The notes below the pieces were generated by a model that worked only from the letters and a program-made list of their open reading frames with translations, had not been told where the DNA came from and searched no databases. From NCBI RefSeq assembly GCF_964204645.1, contig NC_134033.1:9432655-9496654 (forward strand): a stretch of DNA of 64,000 bases. Direction: 5' to 3'. Origin of the DNA: Tubulanus polymorphus. Its lineage: Eukaryota > Animalia > Nemertea. Of this stretch, positions 25,006 to 35,731 are shown one piece after another (position 1 is the first letter of the stretch; each line of letters begins with the position of its first letter). Position numbers and translations under genes: made by a program.

Positions 25006-25671
25006 ATGGAACCAGAACAACCACAAACTATCAATATTACAAATAACACTGGTGTTATAAATATATATTACAAGAAATGTTCTAAATGTGAATTAGATAA
25101 ATTAGCTTTAACAGAATTTAGTAAGCGTAAGATTAGCAAAGATGGTTTTCAATATTACTGTAAAACTTGCATTAAACTATATACCAAACAATATCGAGAA
25201 GATAATAGAGAATCTTATAATGATTATATGACAGAATATATGAGAGAAAGATATCAAACAGATCTTAATTTTAGATTGAAACAATGTTTAAGGACTAGAT
25301 TAACACAATTATTCAACAAAGAAACACATTCAGAAACATTAACTAATTTATTGGGTTGTTCAGATAAATTTCTCAAATCATGGATTATATTTCAATTCAA
25401 TGATAAAATGAATATAGATAATTATGGGGATTATTACCACATTGATCACGTGTTACCAATATCTAAATTTAACATGAACGATGAATACAATAAAAAACTT
25501 ATTTGGAATTGGAAAAATTTAAGACCTTTAGAAAAGAAAGAAAATCAAATCAAATCTAATAAAATAGATTTACAGTTATATTTGAATCAACTGGAAAAAG
25601 TAAAAAAATTTATTGAATTATGGAATTCAACACATAATGAACAATACGTTGAGTCTTTAATGAGTGGTTAA
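25006..25671 (+). CDS. HNH endonuclease with N-terminal Cys4 zinc ribbon
   Basis: CSKC...CKTC, YHIDHVLP and NLRPLEKKENQIKSNK. Confidence 0.87.
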   Translation: MEPEQPQTINITNNTGVINIYYKKCSKCELDKLALTEFSKRKISKDGFQYYCKTCIKLYTKQYREDNRESYNDYMTEYMRERYQTDLNFRLKQCLRTRLTQLFNKETHSETLTNLLGCSDKFLKSWIIFQFNDKMNIDNYGDYYHIDHVLPISKFNMNDEYNKKLIWNWKNLRPLEKKENQIKSNKIDLQLYLNQLEKVKKFIELWNSTHNEQYVESLMSG

Positions 25672-25918
25672 AGAATAATAGAATTCAAATAAAAAGTATT
25701 AAAAAAACAATAACTTCAACTGCTAGTGAATTCTGTTATATTTTTAATATTTTCTTTTCAAAAGAGAATACTTTATATTTTGAATAGATTCAAATAAAAA
25801 TTCTTTAAATTCAAATAGCTAGTATCAGTAGTCAATACTAGAATTCTTTAGCTTTAACTATCTAGTATCATTTGAAGAATACTTATAATATTTTTTTTGC
25901 TTTTTTCCTCTAATATAA

Positions 25919-26521
25919 ATGTCAAAGAAATCTAATAAGAATAATATTGATATTGAAAAGACATTAGATGATTTAGGTATTAGTGATAATAAAGATACAG
26001 TTGCAACTAATTGTGCTCAAGTTAATAACAATATAGATTATGAATACTACTTATATTGTAAGCATCATCTTGAATTATTAATTGCTGGCGGGAAATCTAA
26101 GGACTTCTTAGGAAAAATAATAACTTTTCAAGAACTAGACTCTATGAAACCCGATAAAGTAATAAAATATTTTAAGATTTATGAAGAAGCAAGATTAGCT
26201 AGAATAAATGATTCTATTTCAGATGGTATTGTCAAATGTTATTCTAAGTTATGTAACCAGTTAATACCAATTGATGATGAAAATAAATTATATAATGATT
26301 TGAAAAATGACTATTTAGTTATGACTGAATTACAAAAATGGGTCGGTTATGCTTCATTTCAATTAGGATCGGTTATGACATTGATTTCTACTGGAGTTAT
26401 AACATTTTCGAATATCAAGCCTATGGAATATAAATCAGGTAAGAACGAAACAGATGTACTACAACCAAACATCGAAACAGAAAATGAATCAGAACAAAAA
26501 TTAACTAAAATAAATGAGTGA
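25919..26521 (+). CDS. 200-aa conserved hypothetical protein with a hydrophobic C-proximal helix
   Basis: Open ORF, TAAATG start, homologue in copy B. Confidence 0.8.
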   Translation: MSKKSNKNNIDIEKTLDDLGISDNKDTVATNCAQVNNNIDYEYYLYCKHHLELLIAGGKSKDFLGKIITFQELDSMKPDKVIKYFKIYEEARLARINDSISDGIVKCYSKLCNQLIPIDDENKLYNDLKNDYLVMTELQKWVGYASFQLGSVMTLISTGVITFSNIKPMEYKSGKNETDVLQPNIETENESEQKLTKINE

Positions 26522-26873
26522 TGGAGTTAAGAAAAAGGCTAGATCAGAGAAACAAATTAAATGGGCAAGAGAATTAGGTAAAAGATCATCAGAATTAAAA
26601 AAAGCTAAGAAAAAGAAATTATCTGATATAAATGAATCTGATGGTATTGATTCAAATAATAATCCATCTAATTCTTCTAATAGTGGAAGAAATAATTACT
26701 TATATATTACAATTGGGTTAATCACAATTATTATATTATCCGGTGTAATATATAAATCAAAATTTAAATCTGATGATAAAGATGATTCCAATGATGATAA
26801 ACCTATTATACCCGAAAATAAGTCAAATCATAAATCAAATGAAAATAAATCTAAAATATTATTAATGGATTAA
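26514..26873 (+). CDS. 119-aa protein with basic N-terminus and a single TM helix
   Basis: KKARSEKQIKWARELGKR; YLYITIGLITIIILSGVIY. Confidence 0.75.
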   Translation: MSDGVKKKARSEKQIKWARELGKRSSELKKAKKKKLSDINESDGIDSNNNPSNSSNSGRNNYLYITIGLITIIILSGVIYKSKFKSDDKDDSNDDKPIIPENKSNHKSNENKSKILLMD

Positions 26874-26876
26874 AAT

Positions 26877-27965
26877 ATGATGAAAAAAGAACAATATTTG
26901 AGAGATTTATATTACAACCCAGAAAGTGAAGTATCATATTCAAGTGTTTCGGAATTATGGGATAAAATTAAATCTGATAAAGAAAAAATAAAATATAGTG
27001 AATTAAAATCATGGTTACAAAATCAACCCACATATCAAATTCATAAAAAGATGGATAAAAAATATTTAACAAGAAAAGTTATGGTTTCATATATCGATCA
27101 ACAATGGCAAGCAGATTTAATTGATATGAAAAACTTAGAAGAATATAACAAAGGATATTTTTGGATACTAAATGTTATAGATATATTCAGTAGATACGCA
27201 TGGTCAATTCCAATCAAAAATAAAACTGGTATAGAAGTTACAAATGCTTTTAAATCTATATTTAAAGAAGCTATTCCAGATAAGATACAATTTGATGAAG
27301 GTAAGGAATTTTATAACAAACATTTCAAAAAACTATTATCTGATAACGATGTAGAATATTTTTCAACACATTCAGATAAAAAAGCATCCGTTATAGAAAG
27401 ATTTAATAAAACATTGAAAACTAGAATGTGGAAATATTTCACCGCTAATGAAACATATAAATATATCGATGTGTTAGATGATTTAGTTAAAGGTTATAAT
27501 AATTCTAAACATAGTTCTATAAATATGAAACCTATACAAGCTAGAAAAGAAGATAATTCGGAAATAGTTTGGAATAATTTATATGGTGCGTTTGTTACAC
27601 ATGATTTTGGAGAACCTAAATTTAAAATTGGACAACACGTTAGAATTTCTAAATATAGAAAAACATTTTATAAAGGTTATACACCTAATTTTACTGAAGA
27701 AATATTTAAAATTAAAAAGATAATATTAACTAAACCTTTTGTTTATAAATTGTTTGATTTAAAAGATGAAGAAATATTAGGTTATTTCTATGAACAAGAA
27801 TTATCATTAGTACCAAATCCAGATGAAATAGAATACAAAATAGAAAAAGTATTGAAAACAAAAACTCTTAAAGGAAAAAAGTATTCTTTGGTGAAATATA
27901 AAGGATATGATGATAAATTTAATGAATGGATTTTATCTAGTAAAATTAAAAGAATAAATGAATAA
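26877..27965 (+). CDS. Retroviral-like (rve, DDE) integrase with C-terminal chromo-like domain
   Basis: WQADL, QFDEGKEF and VIERFNKTLK; YKIEKVL...SLVKYKGYDDKFNEWI; consistent with the 6-bp TSD. Confidence 0.95.
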   Translation: MMKKEQYLRDLYYNPESEVSYSSVSELWDKIKSDKEKIKYSELKSWLQNQPTYQIHKKMDKKYLTRKVMVSYIDQQWQADLIDMKNLEEYNKGYFWILNVIDIFSRYAWSIPIKNKTGIEVTNAFKSIFKEAIPDKIQFDEGKEFYNKHFKKLLSDNDVEYFSTHSDKKASVIERFNKTLKTRMWKYFTANETYKYIDVLDDLVKGYNNSKHSSINMKPIQARKEDNSEIVWNNLYGAFVTHDFGEPKFKIGQHVRISKYRKTFYKGYTPNFTEEIFKIKKIILTKPFVYKLFDLKDEEILGYFYEQELSLVPNPDEIEYKIEKVLKTKTLKGKKYSLVKYKGYDDKFNEWILSSKIKRINE

Positions 27966-28569
27966 AGATTTATTTATATTTGAACCACATAATATGTTAG
28001 TTACTGGAGTTACAAATTGTGGTAAAACACACTTCATATTAGATTTGTTAGAAACTATTTATAAGAATCATTTTGATAATATAATATTATTCTGTCCTAC
28101 ATATGAAATGAATGAAACGTATAATAGAGATATAGTTAAGATAAAAAAGTTTATTATATTAGATCCTAAAACAGTGAAAGATAATTTAGATAATTGTATA
28201 AAAATTGCAATAGATATTTATAAAGGATCTAATACATTATTTATTATTGATGATTGCGCAAATTTACATGATTCTAAAATTAGAGAAAGTGAGTTATGTT
28301 ATTTAGCTTTCTCTGGTAGACATTTTGGGATAACAACTTGGGTTTTAAATCAGAAATATAATTCAATTGTGAAAGATTTTAGAGAGAATATAAGATTTCT
28401 AGTTTTATTTTATAACAAAGATAGAAAATCTATGCAACAATCATTAGAAGAAAATCAAATTATACCTCCTGAATTACATGATGAATATATGAATAAATTA
28501 AAGAATAATAAAGGTTCAAAATTATTAATGAGATTACAATTTCCATATGAATATAAATTTATAAAATAA
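27958..28569 (+). CDS. A32/FtsK-HerA-like genome packaging ATPase
   Basis: Walker A GVTNCGKT, Walker B FIIDD, GRH arginine-finger motif. Confidence 0.93.
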   Translation: MNKDLFIFEPHNMLVTGVTNCGKTHFILDLLETIYKNHFDNIILFCPTYEMNETYNRDIVKIKKFIILDPKTVKDNLDNCIKIAIDIYKGSNTLFIIDDCANLHDSKIRESELCYLAFSGRHFGITTWVLNQKYNSIVKDFRENIRFLVLFYNKDRKSMQQSLEENQIIPPELHDEYMNKLKNNKGSKLLMRLQFPYEYKFIK

Positions 28570-28585
28570 AATCCTAATTTGGAAT

Positions 28586-28975
28586 ATTATAGAAACTAAT
28601 TTATATATCTATGTACTAGACGTACGAGTAAGAAAGTAAGATTCTTACCTTTTTACTTTCTTAGCAAGAATCTTGGATTCTTACGTACGTCTAGTCCATA
28701 AAAATATGAATTATTAAATGAAATATATAATAATGAATAAATCATATATTAAAACTATGTTTATAATTTATGTTTATAATTTATATTTATAATTTATGTT
28801 TATAATTCATATTTATAATTTATATTTATAATTTATGTTTATAATTTATGTTTATAATCTATGTTTATAATTTATATTTCTTGGCAAGGATTCTTGGATT
28901 CTTACTTTCTTACTCGTACGTCTAGTGCATAGATATATAAATAGTTTTATAGATATATAAATAGTTTTATAATAA
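28586..28975. terminator. Long inverted repeat enclosing a 12-bp tandem array, between convergent gene blocks
   Basis: TATATATCTATGTACTAGACGTACGAGTAAGAAAGTAAG ... CTTACTTTCTTACTCGTACGTCTAGTGCATAGATATATA; about ten TTTATAATTTAT(G/A)-type units at ~28757-28878. Confidence 0.5.
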
Positions 28976-30109
28976 TTATTCTAATTTTGTTTCTAATACA
29001 TTTATAAAATCATCTTCGTTTATATCAAATTCTCCATAAGTCTTTGGTATATTTATTGAGTTTAGTCGATCCATCATTAATCTATAATCAGTAGGCATAT
29101 TAATTTTTTCTTTTATTTTTTCAAAGTTTTCATCAAAATCATAATAATAAAAATCAATATCATATCCAAAATTAATTATCAAATAAGTTGAATCTTTTCT
29201 TCTCAAATATAATAATTTATACATTTGTTCAAGATTATCGTTTGCATAATCTAAAAATTTATGTAATAACAAATTATAGAATATATCATATTGGTTAATA
29301 TTATAATCAAAATATTTTATATATTCTTAAGGGTTATTTAACAATGGTAACATACCCACTTTTTTATAAACATTAATTAGATGTAATTTTGATTTATAAT
29401 GAGTAATTTTATCAACAGGTTCAATTTCTTTATTACAATAATCACATATTAATTCTTTTTCATTTTCTATGTGCCACTTAGATTTTTTATGTTTAGAAAA
29501 ATTACTTTTAGAAATATCTAAATTACAAATGTTACAATGTTTTTTAGAATCATCAATTATTTCGTTATCTGTTATATCATTATCATTAGTTTCAATTGGG
29601 TTAACATTATTTATTACATTATCTGTTATATTATCTATGGTATCATTAGTTTCAATTGGGTTAACATTATCTTTTATATTACTAACTGATATATTATTAT
29701 CATTATTATTCTTTTCTTTTTCTATATGTTTCTTTGATTTCTTATGTGATGCCCAATTTTTATATGATATATATTTCTTACATACATCACAATATTTTTC
29801 ATTTATCTTTTTGGTTTTGATATCAGGTTCAATCTTATCATAATTCGATGTAGAAGGTATAACATTATCTTCTATTTTAGATTCAATATCATCTTCTATT
29901 TTATATTCAATATCATTCTTATCTTCTATTTTAGGTTCAATATTATCTTCTATTTTTGTTTCAATATTCTTATCTATTTTACTTATTCTATATTTGAATT
30001 GATTAAAGTAATTTCCAAAATACTTACTGTATTCATCATAAGGTAATATATAATATATATCTGATATCATTTCACTTGGAGATTGTATTTCATATATTCC
30101 ACCTTCCAT
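28976..30109 (-). pseudogene. Multi-C2H2 zinc-finger protein with one in-frame stop (29327-29329)
   Basis: ORFs 29327..30109 and 28976..29272 share a frame; copy B is open across this point (NNPNKYIKYF). Confidence 0.8.
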
Positions 30110-30141
30110 TTAATGTAAGATTTTTTATTAAAGTTAAAATT

Positions 30142-31389
30142 TTAATACATAACACTATCTAATTGTGAATTTATAATATTTAATTGCGCGTCAGATAAAA
30201 TATAAATGTGCATTTTAAAATTTTTTATTCCTTTATTCTTTTTCATGAATAATTGTATTCCATCTTTAGTGTTTTGTAGTTTTTTTCCAGAACCATGTAA
30301 TGAATTATCCTCTGTTGTTCTAAAATCTAACCATAATGCATATTTATTACCGGTATAATAATCAATTTGATTAATGTTACAATTTTCAAATGATTTTATT
30401 TTTTCATTCATAAAATGTTTTTTAATTTCTACCCATTGATCTATCATTCTCATTCCTTGACAAAATATTTTATTTGCTATTCCTTCGATAGTTATTTCTA
30501 CTTTTGTTATTTCAGGATTATAATAATTATCAACATTTATTGCACCATTAGTATACGTTCCAATTGTAAAAAATATTAATATACCTTTAATAGATCTTCT
30601 AGGAAAGTTAATATTCTCATTTATTATTTCATCATTTGCATTAATAGTTACAGTTTTAAATTTATCAATATAATCATATAATAATGAAAACCCTTGATTG
30701 TATTGAGTTTGAATTATACTTGAAATATTTTCATCAGTTACTGTATCATATTCTAAACATATATTCGATAATTTATAACTCATATCTTTATTAACGCTAG
30801 ATAATACAATTTCATTTACAGGAGCAAATGTTATCTCAAATATAATATCTTCTTGAATTGCGTATTTATATAAAGGTGCATTATTATTTATCAATTCAAA
30901 ATCTAATGGAATTTTATATTTGCTTCCATATAAACTTTTTATCAATTTATCTACATCATTAGTTAATATTGCGCTATTAGCTTCTGATCTTAATTTATTT
31001 TGGTTTTCTGATTGAATTCCTTGAAATATCATATTATTTCTATTTTCTTTAGTTAACCATAAATCTTTATAATGCATAAATAAATTATAATCATCTAATG
31101 AGAAAACTGTTTCTGGACCAATCTTTATTGTTAACTTTTTAATCAAATATCTTCCAACATTATCAACGACATAATTATTATTATTACCGATTACTTTTAT
31201 ATCAACGGATAAATAAATACTGTTTGGAACATAAAAAGTATTTTGTGTTAATCTAGGAATTCTAACATATAAAGTTTCATCGGGATTAATATTTGAAGGG
31301 TTATGAGTAATTATATGATGTGATCTTTCTGCTTTAATAGCATTAGATATTCTAGAAATCTTTATAGGACTTATATAACTCCCACTCAT
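30142..31389 (-). CDS. Major capsid protein (double jelly-roll, Polinton type)
   Basis: 415 aa; same motifs as 19180..20427. Confidence 0.85.
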   Translation of the reverse strand: MSGSYISPIKISRISNAIKAERSHHIITHNPSNINPDETLYVRIPRLTQNTFYVPNSIYLSVDIKVIGNNNNYVVDNVGRYLIKKLTIKIGPETVFSLDDYNLFMHYKDLWLTKENRNNMIFQGIQSENQNKLRSEANSAILTNDVDKLIKSLYGSKYKIPLDFELINNNAPLYKYAIQEDIIFEITFAPVNEIVLSSVNKDMSYKLSNICLEYDTVTDENISSIIQTQYNQGFSLLYDYIDKFKTVTINANDEIINENINFPRRSIKGILIFFTIGTYTNGAINVDNYYNPEITKVEITIEGIANKIFCQGMRMIDQWVEIKKHFMNEKIKSFENCNINQIDYYTGNKYALWLDFRTTEDNSLHGSGKKLQNTKDGIQLFMKKNKGIKNFKMHIYILSDAQLNIINSQLDSVMY

Positions 31390-31434
31390 TTATTTAACAA
31401 AAAAAATTAATTATTTATTTTTTGATATCATGGT

Positions 31435-32901
31435 TTACTTGATATTTTTTGATATCATATTTACTAAACCAAAAATAATAGCACTTACAACTGTAATTAA
31501 AAATATAATAATATGTTCAGCAGCAAAGTTAAGAATATTACCTGCAGATTTCAATATAAAACCAACAATTGAAGCAATAACTCCTGGCAATGCTGCAGCA
31601 GATTTTTTAGATAGTTCCCATAAATATTTTGCTAATTTCTTTAAACCATCTTTAACTTTATCTTGTATAGAATTATTGCCTGGAGGTTTATCTGGTTTAT
31701 TGGGAGTAGGAGTAGGAGTAGATTTCAGTGAATTTGATATAGCTAAACCTATTGTTGTAAATAACATAGTTACAGCTGTTAGAATTGAAAGAATTGTTAT
31801 TCCTTCAAACTTAAATAATAATTTTATTCTATCTTTTAATGATATGTCAGAATTTGGTTTTATCAACAAATCTTTAAAAATAACTTTTAATCTATTTATA
31901 TTATAATCATATGATTTTAACAATAACTTAATTTCTTCTTTTTGTAATTCTTTGTTATATTCTAAATCATCAATTTCTTTTTCTAAATATGCATTTCTTT
32001 TTTTAAATTCAATTTCTTCAATAACTTTATTATCTCTATCTAATTTCAATTGTTCTATTTCTTTTCTTGATTTTAATAATTCATCTTCTAAAGTTCTAAT
32101 TTTTAAATCTCTTATACTTTTATCATGTACAATTTTATCAGCTTCATTTCTTATACTAATAATTTCTCTAATTGCTTCATCAGAAAATATATTTAAATCT
32201 TCTAATTCTTGATCTGTTGCATCAAGTAACCCATTCGGTAAAAGTTTTTCAATTGGAACTTTATTTGATTTAAGTTTACTAGTTTTGGAAGTTATATTCT
32301 GTTCAGAAGTTGTTTCTATTTTCGATTTCTTTTTGATTATTTTAAATAAGTCATTAATTCTTTGTTTAAATAATCTTAAATTATCTTCTATTTCTTTTTG
32401 TGTAACATCAGTTATAACATCATTATTGATTTTCTTAATTCTATATGGTTCTAACTTAAGCAAAGTTGATTTCGCTAATATTTCAGTTAGAATTGTCTTT
32501 TGATTAGTGATATCAATAAAATAATCCATGGACAAACGATAATAATATTCACCATCTAAAAACTTTAAATCTTCTGCTAAAAGTCTGGCGCCTTCGTCAT
32601 TTATATTATATTCAGATTTTTTAAAATCATATTTAATCTTACTTATAAAATTAATTTTTTCTAAATTTTTCTTAAATAATTCTGGATCTTCATTTTCAAT
32701 AGGTATTTTCGATCTAGTTCTTCTATCAAATTCATCTGTTGATGGGGTTTTATAACCTCTATTTGCTAAATTAGAATTATAAGCTGATTCATTATCATTA
32801 TCAATATTAGTTTCTTCATCATTATAATAATCATCATCAATATATCCTTCATTATTATTTCCCATTTCTTTCATTTCATAATCTACTCCACCTTTTGCCA
32901 T
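31435..32901 (-). CDS. 488-aa protein: acidic N-terminus, long coiled coil, C-terminal hydrophobic helices
   Basis: Heptad-rich central region; GITILSILTAVTMLFTTIGLAI, LPGVIASIVGFIL and IIIFLITVVSAIIFGLV segments. Confidence 0.82.
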   Translation of the reverse strand: MAKGGVDYEMKEMGNNNEGYIDDDYYNDEETNIDNDNESAYNSNLANRGYKTPSTDEFDRRTRSKIPIENEDPELFKKNLEKINFISKIKYDFKKSEYNINDEGARLLAEDLKFLDGEYYYRLSMDYFIDITNQKTILTEILAKSTLLKLEPYRIKKINNDVITDVTQKEIEDNLRLFKQRINDLFKIIKKKSKIETTSEQNITSKTSKLKSNKVPIEKLLPNGLLDATDQELEDLNIFSDEAIREIISIRNEADKIVHDKSIRDLKIRTLEDELLKSRKEIEQLKLDRDNKVIEEIEFKKRNAYLEKEIDDLEYNKELQKEEIKLLLKSYDYNINRLKVIFKDLLIKPNSDISLKDRIKLLFKFEGITILSILTAVTMLFTTIGLAISNSLKSTPTPTPNKPDKPPGNNSIQDKVKDGLKKLAKYLWELSKKSAAALPGVIASIVGFILKSAGNILNFAAEHIIIFLITVVSAIIFGLVNMISKNIK

Positions 32902-32917
32902 TTACATAATAAAAAAA

Positions 32918-34219
32918 TTAAAATTTAAAATATAATATTCCTCCGATTACAATTCCTATACAAGTTATAGCTAATTTAGTATTTTCATGGGATTTATTAT
33001 CATCATTTAGTTTAATTATATCATGTTGAATATTATCAGTTCTATTATTTTCTGATGTATTATAATCTTTTATTTTAGAATCATTATTTAATTTAATATT
33101 CTTAGTTTTAGTTTCAGTTGATTGAATGTGTTTTTTATTTTTTTCACCTTCCATTAATTTTGGAGCAGTAATAATCTTTTTATTTATATCATTTAATCCA
33201 AATGAATTATTTATTGTTGCAGTTTTAATTAGATTATTATAACCAATTATATTTCCCATCTTTAATACTAAATCATTAGAAATAATGAATAGATTAGGGC
33301 CTATACAATAATTTAGTCTTACATGAGATTTATCTAAATAATTTTGATATCTTATAATGTTTTCTGGAATCGATCTATTTTTATCATTATGTATGGAATC
33401 TTCAAATAAAACTTTAAACTGTTTTTGCGCATCGAATGAAGTGTTATCATTTCCAATTATTTGGGATCTTGTTTCAACTTGCGCACTTAGAATACATATC
33501 AAATAAGTTCTAATAGATTGATTTATTCTTTGTATTCCAGCTTTAGTAAAACCTTCACCATTTTCTAAAATGAAATTAACCCAACCATTATTATTATCAA
33601 TTTTATAATTATGATAAGCTCCAATTCTATGCATATAATCAATTCTTTTTATTTCATACTGTTCACCGACACCTTGCAATTTACCATGCGCTCTAAAATC
33701 GGAATTAATATTTATATTAAATTCATTACATATTTTATAAAACTTGGATATATTAATATTATTATCTAATTCTTTAAAATATTTAGACCCGGGTAAAGGA
33801 CATTCTAATTCATTTAATATTATTCTGATTTGAAAATATGAGTGAAATCTAAATATTGTGTGAATTAATTTTAAATCAGAATACTTCAAATTTTTATCTA
33901 AGTTATTTAAATGATCATTCCAACTTATTCCACATCCTGTTGTTGCACAATAAACAGCAAAATCTAATTGATTCTGCCAATACTTCATATTAGATTTTAC
34001 TTTATATTTATGATATTCATCCCGAGTAAAAGTAACTTCATATGCATTAAATATATTTTCCATTTTAGAAATAAAAAACTGTGATTCATTAACATAAATT
34101 TCTAAATTAGTTAATGAATTTAAAACTATATTTTTATATGTAATATTTTTCTTAAAATCTATTGCTGGAATATTATATTTAATTGATTTATTATATTGGA
34201 AAGCTTTTGGAAACCCCAT
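32918..34219 (-). CDS. 433-aa putative virion protein with C-terminal TM anchor
   Basis: YWQNQL.FAVYCATTGCGISW motif shared with other copies; variable central segment. Confidence 0.82.
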   Translation of the reverse strand: MGFPKAFQYNKSIKYNIPAIDFKKNITYKNIVLNSLTNLEIYVNESQFFISKMENIFNAYEVTFTRDEYHKYKVKSNMKYWQNQLDFAVYCATTGCGISWNDHLNNLDKNLKYSDLKLIHTIFRFHSYFQIRIILNELECPLPGSKYFKELDNNINISKFYKICNEFNININSDFRAHGKLQGVGEQYEIKRIDYMHRIGAYHNYKIDNNNGWVNFILENGEGFTKAGIQRINQSIRTYLICILSAQVETRSQIIGNDNTSFDAQKQFKVLFEDSIHNDKNRSIPENIIRYQNYLDKSHVRLNYCIGPNLFIISNDLVLKMGNIIGYNNLIKTATINNSFGLNDINKKIITAPKLMEGEKNKKHIQSTETKTKNIKLNNDSKIKDYNTSENNRTDNIQHDIIKLNDDNKSHENTKLAITCIGIVIGGILYFKF

Positions 34220-34235
34220 TTATATAATTAAAAAA

Positions 34236-34670
34236 TTAATAATTAACTAATTCTTTTAATAATTTATCTTGTTCTTCAACTGTTATATGGCCATTTAAAC
34301 TTATTATATAATCTAGTGTGTTCTTTAATTTATTAATTTCTTTTATATTAGTTTTAATTTTTTCTTTATTACTTTTTATATTTAATTTTGAACTTATACC
34401 AGTTAAAACACTTGAACTTAATCCTAATACACCAATTGATATAGCTAAAGGTGTTAATGGACTGAATATTGCTAGAAATGTTATTACAGAACTAATTGTA
34501 ACCGAACCACTAATAATCAAATAATATATAATTTTACTTTTTAAATATTTTTTCTTTTTTATCTTTAGGTCACTTTCAAATTCTAATATTTGTTTTTCTA
34601 AATATATTTTTAATTTAGTTTTATTTATATCATGAGGAATAATATCAATACTATCAACTTTATCTTCCAT
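34236..34670 (-). CDS. 144-aa two-TM protein
   Basis: Conserved across copies. Confidence 0.8.
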   Translation of the reverse strand: MEDKVDSIDIIPHDINKTKLKIYLEKQILEFESDLKIKKKKYLKSKIIYYLIISGSVTISSVITFLAIFSPLTPLAISIGVLGLSSSVLTGISSKLNIKSNKEKIKTNIKEINKLKNTLDYIISLNGHITVEEQDKLLKELVNY

Positions 34671-34689
34671 TTATTTAGAATAAAAATTA

Positions 34690-35112
34690 CTAATTAGTAA
34701 ACTTATAAGCAACAAATATAACAATAACTGTTCCACCTAAAATCCAAATTATTTCATATTTCTGTTGTTCTTTACTTGGGGTATAATAATCTGATAATTT
34801 AGGTTTGTATAGATGTAATTTTTCTTTATTTGTTACTGCGTTATATAAACTCATTGCATCATCAACTGATTGAAAATCTCTATGTGAAATCTTCTGATCA
34901 TATAATTCTTTATTGATGTAATCCATATAGTTTTGTCTCTTTTCTCTATATTCTTCTGCTGCTTTATTGTATTTCTCTAACGCTAAGTTATGTCTTCTTT
35001 GTTCTCCTAATGAACTATTTTTATCAATATGTTTAAATAAATAACCACCACCTGTAAATGCTAAAGCGTTAACAATTGCCGATCCTATAATAGTTATAAT
35101 TGCAGAAGCCAT
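34690..35112 (-). CDS. 140-aa membrane-associated protein
   Basis: Hydrophobic termini; conserved across copies. Confidence 0.8.
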   Translation of the reverse strand: MASAIITIIGSAIVNALAFTGGGYLFKHIDKNSSLGEQRRHNLALEKYNKAAEEYREKRQNYMDYINKELYDQKISHRDFQSVDDAMSLYNAVTNKEKLHLYKPKLSDYYTPSKEQQKYEIIWILGGTVIVIFVAYKFTN

Positions 35113-35136
35113 TTATTTAGCAAAAAAATTATGCAT

Positions 35137-35358
35137 TTATATGGGAGGAATATATTTTTGTTTTTCCAAATAATCAATTGTTAAATTAGATAAAGTAATT
35201 GCTAACGTTAACTTTAAAATATCATTGATATCAAATCTATCAACATTAACACTTCCCATTTTGAATACTTTTTTTAATACCATTGAATAACCAACAGTTC
35301 CAACTGATAGTAATGCGCCATTATATAATCCAGTTATTATCCACTTATTATCACTCAT
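35137..35358 (-). CDS. 73-aa hydrophobic protein
   Basis: Conserved across copies; TAAATG start. Confidence 0.75.
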   Translation of the reverse strand: MSDNKWIITGLYNGALLSVGTVGYSMVLKKVFKMGSVNVDRFDINDILKLTLAITLSNLTIDYLEKQKYIPPI

Positions 35359-35715
35359 TTATTTATCAAAAAAATTACTATCATCAAAATATTTAGTTAT
35401 CTTAGTGATGATTATTTCAACATTTATTTTATTACTAGTTTCATTTGTATATATTTCAATTATTATTTTTTTAATATCATCGATTATAAAATCTTCATCT
35501 AATTCATAAAATCTTAAAGATTCTCTAATTAAATTAGTAATCTTTTCTACATTTAAAGTTTCTTTATCAATTGTTGTTTCATACTCAAATGTTGTTTCAT
35601 TAGAAAATATAATATTTTTGATATGTGTTATTACATCATTAATGTTAAATTTCATTTCTTTCTCACGTTTAAAATCAAATCCAAAACATATACTCGGTCC
35701 AACAGTTATATTCAT
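35359..35715 (-). CDS. 118-aa hypothetical protein
   Basis: Conserved across copies; TAAATG start. Confidence 0.75.
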   Translation of the reverse strand: MNITVGPSICFGFDFKREKEMKFNINDVITHIKNIIFSNETTFEYETTIDKETLNVEKITNLIRESLRFYELDEDFIIDDIKKIIIEIYTNETSNKINVEIIITKITKYFDDSNFFDK

Positions 35716-35731
35716 TTATATATCAAAAAAA

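Noticed and set aside
28757-28878. Repeat array resembling CRISPR
   Set aside because: Head-to-tail 12-bp AT-rich minisatellite with no unique spacers and no cas genes.
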